DNA from: Heptranchias perlo
Lineage: Eukaryota
Length of the DNA: 64,000 nt
NCBI RefSeq assembly: GCF_035084215.1
Contig: NC_090349.1
Span: 9,114,001-9,178,000, forward strand
Reading direction: 5' to 3'
Shown one piece after another: positions 12,466 to 21,878 of the stretch; position 1 is the first letter of the stretch, and each line of letters starts with the position of its first letter. The notes under the pieces were generated by a model, which saw nothing but the letters and a program-made list of their open reading frames with translations, was not told the origin of the DNA and did not search any database. A program made the translations under genes and the position numbers.

Positions 12466-15400
12466 ATAAAGATGCCATACAACCTTATGTGGAAAGTACA
12501 GCCCAGAAGGAAGATGATCATATCCTTCTTCTGGGAGATTGAAGGGAATAATTGCTCGTCGACTGGGCAGAATAATTTGTTGTTTTCCTTTCAGTTCTCA
12601 CGGTCCAGCAGATCGCTGTCTTATCTTTTAACTTAGTTATCTCTCATTGTCAGCAGAACGAGTCAGTGCCCTTGGCCACAGACTTACCTACTCAAGGCAG
12701 CTTGGAGCAAGATCCAGCAAGTTCTCTGATTTCGGACAAGTTCCCATAGTCCTTTGATCCATTGCTGTTTCATTAAAATGCGTCTATTCCTCGAAAGGCC
12801 AGTCATTCCAAATTAGTCTACTGTATTTTTGTTTCGGTTGTATTGGCTGCGCATGCGTTATCCTCCAATTGCTGTTCATACTTTTAACAAAATCATGCTC
12901 TTTTACCAAGTATTACCTTGCTAATCTAGCGTTTCAAGTCCATTCCTTTAGCCATTTCATAGTTCCCCGGCATGCGCTGCCCTGACAGTTCAAACTGCTT
13001 AGGTCTCCTTAAGAGCAAGTACCAAACATTCCATGTCAAAAAGTCCAAAATTCTTGTGTTCCCCCACAATTGATTGTGAGACATTGAACACTCACTTAAA
13101 ATCTGATCACATCCTTGAACCTCTATTGTGCCCATCACTGACATATTAGTTAATAAGAGACATTAGGCGTTCTCGTTACAAGTAGCTCAAGTCACCGTGA
13201 CATTTACGCACATTTTGCAAATACTATTAATGAGAATCAAAAGTATTGCAACCATAACAAGCAGTATAGCAACAAATAGTATAGACATGATTCCCACCCA
13301 ATGATGCTGTCCCGGATTACAAACGAACCCCCACCTTTCATACTTCCCAAGGATAGATTTTTTATGTCGGCATTCATGGTTGTACGTGTATCAAATGTTC
13401 TTGTGAAGTACGATTACTCTCCATTATAGATCTTAGGCCCAGAGACAAAGCAGGACTGGGGTGTTAAATCTAACAACTGTCTTTAAAGCCTCAGCTCGTA
13501 TGGATATGTTTAGTTGGATTATTGGGCAATTGTTCATCAAAATAAAACCGCGGGCCGGTAACCCGCTCTGTAGTACGTTGCTTCTGCAGATTTAACTACA
13601 GAATATAAAATGGAACGTAACGTAATTGATTCTTCAGCATAAAATGTTTTCCCTTACCATTTCTCAATCTTTGTCTCTATAAATTTCCCCCTTTTCGGCA
13701 ATCTTGCGCGTTTTACCTAAGATCCACATCTTGTCTTGTTAGCATTGTATGCCTATCGCGAGACATCTGCTCTTCTAATCTAAGTTTAATTTGATTAATA
13801 TTGCACATAATGATACAAAGAAAATCATAACACATTGTACGGAAAGCTACAGCGAAAACTAAGCTCCCCCCAACCCCTCCAATACCTCCATGTAACCAAG
13901 AAATCGTCCCCTTAGTTTAAGAGATTATTATTATAGATAATTCTGAACAAGTATTATTTCTCGCTAGCCCGCAATTATCCCAATTTCGGCGTTAACTCAA
14001 CGCTAAATTTTAGAATTCCAAATTATATTTCCCTCTCTATTTTAATTTTAATCCCTCTGATAGGTTTCAGTGTGTTGTCTGTATCCGGATTGTTTCATTA
14101 ATTTGTACTGAAGAATTTGGGACTTTTCAATATGGATTTTTCACTTGCTGAAGGAGAAGTGTTTGGTTCAAGAAAGGAAGGAACACAGAACTATTAGACT
14201 GGACTGTTCAAGACATCATTTTCGGAAGTTTGACCAAGTTCCAAAGGTTTTCCTTCAGGCTGTTTCGCAGCCTAACTGAGACGATGTACTTCCGCGGAGA
14301 TAAGGGGCGATGTTAAAGGTAAGACAGCTACCCAGAAAAGCCTTGAAAATTTGTGGGAAACTGTCATAAACATCACATGCCAGAGCATCGGCTTGTTTGA
14401 ACCATGGGAATAGGAAAGAGTGAAAAGTACAAGCAGCTTGTTTTGGCCAGCGAGAATGGGATAAGAGCAAACATTTTGAAGTGAATGGAGGAGACAGACC
14501 AGACACAGACTAGGAGAACACCAAGAGGCATGTCAACGGAAAATTAACCCCGCAGTCTCCTGAAGGAGAATAATTTGACCAATCCGAGTTTCGAGTTGTA
14601 CTACAGACTAATTTGCAAGCATCTCTATCTGTTAATCTGTTGAGTTTTAATGTCAATAAAACCAATGTTAGAAAAGTTTAAAGTGTTAGTTGGTCTTACC
14701 TCTGGATTATTCTAAAGAGTAAAGATAAAGGCAAACCCTCTGCCCTCGACAGGCTGTATAAGATTAATTTCTCTATGGAGCATGTGTCAGTGCTAGTTGG
14801 CTCACGCACAACATACACTGGTATCCCAAGCCCTACACTCCTAATTTAGTTTAAAGTAATTTTCAGGATTTAATTTTTCCATGCCATTTGCAATCTTACA
14901 TTCTCCTGTAAAATCACCCCTCGGTTCCCATTATTCCATGCTGGAAAGTACAGGCTTGAGTAACTATATAATGCCCCCAGCAGGTTAAAACCAATCTGTA
15001 ATGCTGTTAAGTTCTCAGTCCATTCACATGAATGAGTACCACTGTAACGATAATACTGTGTCAAAATCAGTAATGCTTGTAATCGATACTAAACTGGGGG
15101 GTGCTGTTGCTCCTTTTCTCAAATCTTGCCTGCAGTTCATATTTGTTTCAGAAGTAGCGCTGTTCCCCTTTAAGTATTATCTTCCGGTATTATCTCTGGA
15201 TGTTATTAATGCCACAAAAACATTATTAAATCGTGCCAAGAGGAAATGGCCACTACAAACAAGGTGCTTAACAATTTTAATATGTTAAATCTCTTATGAT
15301 TTTGCTGATATTTAACCGGAGGAAGTTGTATCGCATTCAAATATTGTCGTTCTCACAAGGTGGGCATCTCAGTTTTGTATCTGCCAACTCCTCAGCCTGT

Positions 15401-15530
15401 AGTACAGAGAATAAAATCAAAAGATGGAATAAAAATAGGGACATTATGACTTTAAAATGACGAATAAATTACATCGTTGTGTCCTCCTCCAAATACCTTT
15501 ATCTTCTAAACTACTTAAGCCAAAGACTAC

Positions 15531-15675
15531 CGTCAGGAATTTCATTGGGGTTCTCCCGATTGGAGGCAGTAACTTTAGGGGAATATCAGCGGAAAAACCA
15601 TCTCTGTAGTTTTGGGCATCTCCCGCTGAAGTTATGGTGCCCAATCAGGAGAACCCCTGAGGAAATGCAATCCCT
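15531..15675. mobile_element. Palindromic MITE-like element (also ~55315-55457)
   Basis: GGGGTTCTCCCGATTGG...CCAATCAGGAGAACCCC inverted arms. Confidence 0.55.
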
Positions 15676-16149
15676 GCATTTGGTCTTGACTCTGGATGCA
15701 CAATGCCACGGAAGATTGATTATACATGTAATAAAAATCTTATATCTGCATGCACTTCCGGCCTACAAGATCTTTTTTTTACTGTTGCCACAATTTTATC
15801 ACAATTTTCTGTCAATTTATTCCCATTATAAATCCTATATCCACATCTATAATGGAAACTGCCCATTTAAAGTTGTAACGTTATAATTACAGCCCGTGGC
15901 AGTGGCGGCTCCGTAGTGTCTCCGGTGTGCACCTCCCAGCCCCTTGGCCTGCACTGCAGAGAACCTCCTATGCTCCAACCAGTTCTACGTTTCCGCTTCT
16001 CAAGTTGCTGGGTGTTTTGCTATTTAAGTATAGATACTAATATCAAATTAACATATTGTATCAAAATAAGGGCAGAATGCATGACTTCAAATCGAGTCTG
16101 AAAAGTGCCTCCACGGCTTGATTCAATTATCCCTCGTCTGCTAATCATG

Positions 16150-16336
16150 GGGGTAGATCTTGACTTTGTGCGATAGAGTAAAACAGGTGATAGCGAGTGG
16201 GCAGCCCGTTTTACAACTCTTCAGATTTTTATTTCCATTGACTACCCATTTAAATAAAAATCGGGAGAGATGTAAAACGGGCTGTCGACTCGCCATCGCT
16301 TGTTTTACACGATCGCAAAACGACAAGAACCACCCC
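16150..16336. mobile_element. Palindromic MITE upstream of gene 1
   Basis: GGGGTAGATCTTGACTTTG...CAAAACGACAAGAACCACCCC; the whole element folds back. Confidence 0.7.
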
Positions 16337-17287
16337 TCCATTTCACTTGGACTAAACTTGGTTTTTACAGCCCATGCACAACGCCATGGGAGATCGACTA
16401 TTGCTTCATATTTATTCAATATAAATTGTATCAAGTTTAAACACATAATATATCAATAACGTAATACTAGATACGAGCAATATAAGACCAAATATCGATG
16501 TAACATATGCAGAATTTATATAATCAGACACCAAATACCACCACAAGCTCCGAGTCACGGTGACTTTAGACTACAGTGTAAAACGCGCGATATCGGCTTG
16601 GCCGCCCGTTAAACACCTCTAACGATTTCCAATCGCCAAATGAGTGTCATCATTCCAAGTTCATGGACTGTCAGCATCCCTCTGACAAAAGTTTGTAGCG
16701 CATTGCAATAGCGCAGATATAGCAGACACATCTGCCAAAGAATATATACACTCGACAGAGGGAATCGTCTCCAAAGCTACATTCTCAGAAGGAATTGATA
16801 GTGAATTGTTTTACCCGCCTGGTGCTTTCAATCAGAGATCTCCACTACACCATCTCCAATAATGGCCCGTGAATTTTAAGATTTCAAAATATATACGAGT
16901 GTAAAACGATAATGGAGCAAATCCTGCACAGAAAGCCGTCTGTCCTGAGGTCCCGAAACGAATTTTTTAGATGGTCGTTTCAGGTGGAATATTTCTCTTC
17001 ATTTCCCATTGCAACTAAAATGTTCATGAATATTATGATATAAACATGGAAAGTGTTTTGAGATGTACAAGCACTGTGAGACTGCGCACGAAAATATGCA
17101 ATTAAATGAAAAATGCTACGGATTGGATCAAAATGTGCAACAAAAATGTAGGAGGTAAATTATTTCTATTTCTCTTTTTGTTTATTAATAAATCAAAGTA
17201 CGCAGAAACACAAAACACGAATACAATTCGTTATCTTCCTGGTAATTTGAGATTAATTCGACACCAGTCAGAATCTGACAGCTTCTG

Positions 17288-17360
17288 ATTGGCGTCAAGG
17301 TGCAGACTGATTTGCATAAATAAGGAAAACGCGGTCGCACCCCTTCACACGGTTGATAAG
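17288..17360 (+). promoter_or_regulatory. Ig light chain promoter, copy 1
   Basis: Inverted CCAAT (ATTGG 17288-17292), CRE-like TGGCGTCA, decamer/octamer TGATTTGCAT (17308-17317) followed by AAATAA, about 120 bp upstream of the leader ATG. Confidence 0.85.
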
Positions 17361-17436
17361 CAGAGTTCGAGAGGAAGTTTAGAACCCATTTCATCTGCAC
17401 ATTGTCGCCGTGTCTGAGCTTCCGTAATTTTTTACA

Positions 17437-17485
17437 ATGTCTTACTGGATCCGCATTGTCAGTACGCTGGTGATTTGCGTAGTTT
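17437..17485 (+). pseudogene. Leader exon, copy 1 (MSYWIRIVSTLVICVV + 1 nt)
   Basis: ATG 17437, hydrophobic signal-peptide sequence, GTGAGT donor at 17486; homologous to copies 2 and 3. Confidence 0.88.
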
Positions 17486-17621
17486 GTGAGTAATTTGCTT
17501 TCAATGCCTGATTAGATTTCACCTTGATGAATATTTGCTGTGAGGTTTCTTACCCCATTTTCATTACAAATGATTGCTCTCATTGTCCTGCCTCTTTTCC
17601 AATCATTCTCCTTATTTTCAG

Positions 17622-17946
17622 ATTTAAACGCCTCGTTCGATGTCAACTTCTCCGGGAAAAAACGTCCAACTGAGTTGTACACTGTCTGGTGCCAATTTAG
17701 GAAGCAACTGGGTCTCCTGGTACCAGCAGATTCCAGGGAATACGCCCAGGCTTCTAGTCTGCTATTGGTCCGGCAGCACCATTTACAGGGGCCCGGGTAT
17801 TTCAGAACGGTTCTCCGGCTCCGTATCAGGCAACACGGGAATATTTACAATGTCTAATGCACAATCTGAGGACGCTGCGGACTATTACTGTGCTATGTGG
17901 TCTAACGGTATATTCTTCGGGAAAGGAACACGACTGAGTGTTGGCA
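17622..17946 (+). pseudogene. IGLV: Germline-joined V-J exon, copy 1 (out of frame with leader)
   Basis: Ig V motifs C...WYQQ...DAADYYC directly fused to J motif FGKGTRLSV, GTAAGT donor at 17947; 20-bp 5' deletion; LLVYY changed to LLVCY. Confidence 0.92.
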
Positions 17947-18144
17947 GTAAGTAAAAGCCTTTCATTTGTACAGTTCTGTTTTTGTTTACTTTAGAACAAA
18001 ACAATAAGCTGCATGATGTATATTATTGGCTCGATTTAATTCCATTTAAAAGTGACATTTTCGAATGAATCATATTTTTAACGGGCCTCCCCTGGTACTT
18101 CAATTGGAAGTAACATTGCCTAAATGGAGAACTGAACGGTCCAG

Positions 18145-18629
18145 TTTTAGAAGGATTCCACCTGTTATTACTTCCGGTTGCATCTGCGCTGAATTAACTT
18201 ATCACAAACCAAGATAAGAATTGGACTCCACATCGCCGAATTAGGCTGTGGGAAAGATCGTTCAAGTTAGTCGCTCTTGATCGCTTCCTAGTGACTCAGT
18301 TGGAAGGTGCGTTTTGTGCATCTCCGCCGATGATAGAATCGAACTGCGTATGATGCCCTGTCACAAATCCTACTGACAGTCACTGTGTAAGCTCACAGGA
18401 GAAGTACAGGAGAGTGACTGGCGTCCGTGCAAACACAGTCCAGTGGAGGTCAGCTTTGTTTAGGAGAAGAATGCAAATTAGAAGGAGACAAATTCTACAA
18501 AGTATCTTAAATTCAGGCTCCAATGTTATACCCTGGAAGTTTCCGAACGGCAATTTGATTTGAACCAATTCCTGAACTGCTTTAGCATTGATTTGAAAGG
18601 ACTAATATTAATCATAATCAAAAGACTGG
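18145..18629. promoter_or_regulatory. Candidate J-C intronic enhancer, copy 1
   Basis: CACCTG 18159, ACTTCCGG 18170, CATCTG 18181, GATA sites, TGACTCA 18292, ATGCAAAT 18471-18478, GGAAGTTTCC 18535-18544. Motif-based only. Confidence 0.4.
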
Positions 18630-20232
18630 AATTTCTAAAATACTTTATGAAAACTTATTTTATATTCCTGAAATGGTAATGGGTGTCAATACTGACAATG
18701 TAAATGGAGAAAATTAGCAAACAGTAGAGATTTCCTCTGGCTTTGTGTTAGCTACATTATAACCCGTTCATGTCCAGCGCTCTTACATTTGCCCTATAAT
18801 AGCCAGAAGATTAAAGTTTCCAACAACGTTTACGACGTGATTAATAAATGGAAATTGGAAGATATCCCCTTTCCACCAATTAAAATTATTGTAGCTGAAA
18901 TATTCCTATGGTTGAGTAAAATATTTGGGATGGGGGAAATTATGCTGATCCCTATTTTAGCGGCATCATGCGCAACAGTAACCACCTGCTAAAAAAAATA
19001 GCACGCAGAGGAAATGTCTGAATAAATGAACCAACGGACGCCGTTCGGCTGCGGCTATGTCAAAGCAATCCATTTCCGCGTTCAACTGGCACTGTGCGTT
19101 AAACTGGTGGGGACGACTTTTATGTTCAGTATTGGTTTTTCAGATATTTAAAGGGGAGTAACCACTTTAGTTTAAACAGCTTAATGCCTTTGTTAAAATA
19201 AGAAGAATTTCATACCAATGTTTTAGCGCGTTGATATACGAATTTTCAGAGCCAAATTTTACTCTGAATGCCGTTTTAAACCAAACGTGGGCGGTGAACA
19301 AAAGATGGTGCCGGGCAAACAGTAAATCCCCGATTTATTGACGTTGAATTCCCCCTCGCTTATAATTCTGTACTTTTTACAGTTTCATATACTAGCTTGC
19401 ATATTTCTCCCCGCTCTTCCTTAAAACTATTTGGAGATCTGTAGTATATCTGAGTAATGAGACAGATTCCTTCCTAGCCTTCATCTCAATCCAATAACAT
19501 TGATAATCGCTGTCTGCTTAATATGGATTTTGAAATGTATGTTTCATTTTTTAAAATCGCGTTGCTTTTGGGGTATGATGTGAGATAATAACGCGGGCTC
19601 ACACTCACAGTGTGTGGAATGTGGGTATCCTATAGTGAAAAAAATTGTGGAATGCATCATGGGGTCAGCGCAAGGAAACATGGACAAGTTTCAACTTAAC
19701 TCAACAAAGCAACTGTAAAAATTTAAAATCCTATCAGTAAAATTAAAGTGTGTGTTTAATATGAGTTCAGCACCAACCTTTAATAAAACTCGTTTATATT
19801 CTGCTTGAAGTATTACAATAGAAAGGCTGGATTTATCGGCCCAAATAATGACGCGGCATATAGACTAAAGTTACTTGTAAAGGCAAGATTCACAGGTCCA
19901 CTGCAGAATCCTGATCCAAACTGTTAGTTGTTTCAATGCACCGAGTAGTAATTCGAGAAAGCAGATAATACAAACATGATTATAAATGCGTTTACGCTGC
20001 AAATTTAGTGTCGGCGCGAAGTGATTTCTGCTTGCCAATGACAAAAGCAGTTAGATTTTACAGCGGAATAGATGTTTTATCCGTATTACGTTGGCTGTAT
20101 ACCTGTACACTCCGGACATAGGGGTTGTCCCTATATTCATCCAATATATAACTCATATGTTGGTCTCTCCTTTTGCGGATTTAACAATGGAACCATGTGA
20201 ACGCATCACAATAAGATTTAAGTAGGGTCAAT

Positions 20233-20415
20233 GGGGTAGGTCTTGACTTTGCGACAATGTGAAACGGGTGATAACGAGTCGGCAGCCGGTTTTGCTCCTC
20301 TCCAGGTTTTTATTTAAATTCAAATCAACAGAAATAAATTCGGGAGAGATGTAAAACGGGGTGCCGACTCGCTTTCAACCGTTTTACTCTATCGCACAAC
20401 GTCAAGATCTAACGC
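20233..20415. mobile_element. Palindromic MITE, same family, J-C intron of gene 1
   Basis: GGGGTAGGTCTTGACTTTG...GTCAAGATCTAAC. Confidence 0.7.
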
Positions 20416-20637
20416 AGTATATTTAATGAAAATTATTGACCGGTGTGCTAGAGCTGGTAAATGTTTAAAGTGCCCATAGTATGACTGGAGTATTTTGAAA
20501 CAAGTATAAAGCAAAGGGATCCATTATTATATTAAATGCATTGATGGAATACGAAATATTCTATTTTGATAAAATCTAAACCTTCAACCGAAGCAATTCC
20601 CCAACGCGACTAAACCCTGTTCTTTTTTTAAAAATAG

Positions 20638-20960
20638 GTCCACAGGAACCATCGGTGTCCGTTCTTCCGCCTTCATCGGATGAAATCACAACAAAGAACA
20701 TGGCGACCCTGGTGTGTTTGGTGAACCGTTTTAAGCCGGGTGCTGTGGAGATTGAATGGACTGTGGATGGCAGTGTCAGAGGGAATGGTGTTGAGACAAG
20801 TCGCATCCAACAGGAGACGGACAACACGTTCAGTGTGAGCAGTTATCTGACTCTGTCAGCCTCAGAGTGGAACTCACACGAGCTTTACTCCTGTGTCGTT
20901 AAACATGAGACTCAGGCAAACCCGCTTCAAACAAGCATCGCGAGATCCAGCTGTATCTGA
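20638..20960 (+). CDS. IGLC: Ig light chain constant exon, copy 1 (open frame; lambda/type II-like)
   Basis: AG acceptor 20636-20637; PSVSVLPPSS...ATLVCLV...W...YSCVVKHE...RSSCI* is a C1-set domain with the penultimate Cys for the H-L disulfide. Confidence 0.93.
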
Positions 20961-21260
20961 TTTCACAAACTGTACTTGACCGAGCTGAGAAAGTTTGTTT
21001 ATTACCATTCAATTCTTTCATGTAACAAAAAGGGTAGAAATTTATTCCATTTCGGAGGTTTAAGAAAAATAACCATTGTGGTTTGAACTTTGTCTTTTCA
21101 GATCTGATAATTTTAAATACTCTTCCATCAAAAATTGTCAGTGTTAACTGAAAACACAATTTATGTTATAACATCCAGTAAAGATGCATTAAAAGGCAAC
21201 AATATGACTATTGCATCCTAAGTATTTGTTTATTGCTAATCTATTCGAATATAGCTATTG

Positions 21261-21266
21261 AATAAA
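21261..21266 (+). terminator. Probable polyadenylation signal, copy 1
   Basis: AATAAA about 300 bp after the stop, followed by a GT-rich tract (GGGTTTTGGTGTCTTTT); conserved in all three copies. Confidence 0.6.
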
Positions 21267-21546
21267 ATCATTGATGCAATACGGGTTTTGGTGTCTTTTA
21301 TTTCTGATGCAAAAGAAGTCAAATCTATAGTGAAAGTATTTTAGGCTTTATTGCTTTTTGTGTTATTAAAGCTAACGTAATAAAGTGTGCAAAGTTATCT
21401 CAAACGAAGCAGTGTGTGACTGATGTGTCGATACTGCGGTAGACATATACGGTGGGGCGGCCGTGGGCGAGTTCACACTCACACAGGTTAACTTGAGGGA
21501 TTATTGATGTCGGTTCAATATGTCCAGTCGTACTACCCAACTCATA

Positions 21547-21840
21547 GCGGGTGAAATTGGTCTTGGGTAAATGCGCAAAATGGGCAATAGCAAATTGGGA
21601 GTCCGTTTTACACTGCAGCCCGATTCCCTTCTTCACTGACTTTAAGAGACCAATTTCACCCCCATGGTTTAACTTAATGGGGTAGATTTTAATCTTTCCG
21701 CCCTCAATAAAGCAGTAGATCAGCCGCAGTTTTGTAGCCGCTTGATTTTGATTTCCACTGAAATCAATGGGACAAAATCGGGCGGTGTCTATAACTGGCA
21801 ATGATCTACAACTCTCTAAGGGCAAGTTGAAACTATACCT
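21547..21840. mobile_element. Two adjacent short TIR elements 3' of C (also 39141-39434 and 62469-62762)
   Basis: GGGTGAAATTGGTCT...AGACCAATTTCACCC and GGGGTAGATTTTAATCTT...AAGTTGAAACTATACC. Confidence 0.55.
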
Positions 21841-21878
21841 GGTATTATTCATTAATGTCCAAATAAGTATAGACAAAG

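Larger units (their letters stand above)
17437..20960 (+). pseudogene. IGL: Germline-joined Ig light chain cluster 1 (L-VJ-C), frameshifted pseudogene; exons 17437-17485, 17622-17946, 20638-20960
   Basis: Canonical GT/AG phase-1 splice sites. VJ exon is 325 bp versus 345 bp in copies 2 and 3 because GCAAGTTACAGTAAACCAGC is missing after ATTTAAACGC. The spliced frame runs into TAA at 17855-17857. Confidence 0.9.

Noticed and set aside
14050-14760. Possible solo LTR (also ~53695-54375)
   Set aside because: Has an AATAAA and LTR-like composition, but I could not define TG...CA ends, a TSD or a PBS.
17051-17078. CACTGTG heptamer upstream of the promoter as a partner 12-RSS
   Set aside because: Nonamer is poor at 12-bp spacing and the heptamer is lost in copy 2; other CACTGTG sites (e.g. 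18381, 34149) also lack nonamers.
17540-17857. ORF-track proteins overlapping the V exons in another frame (also 35174-35476, 58959-59273) and antisense ORFs over the C exons
   Set aside because: Shadow frames of the Ig exons starting at non-ATG codons in introns; recurrence is explained by duplication.
17886-17892. TACTGTG cryptic heptamer at the YYC codons (V-replacement-like)
   Set aside because: Largely dictated by the Tyr-Cys-Ala codons; no unrearranged donor V in the window.
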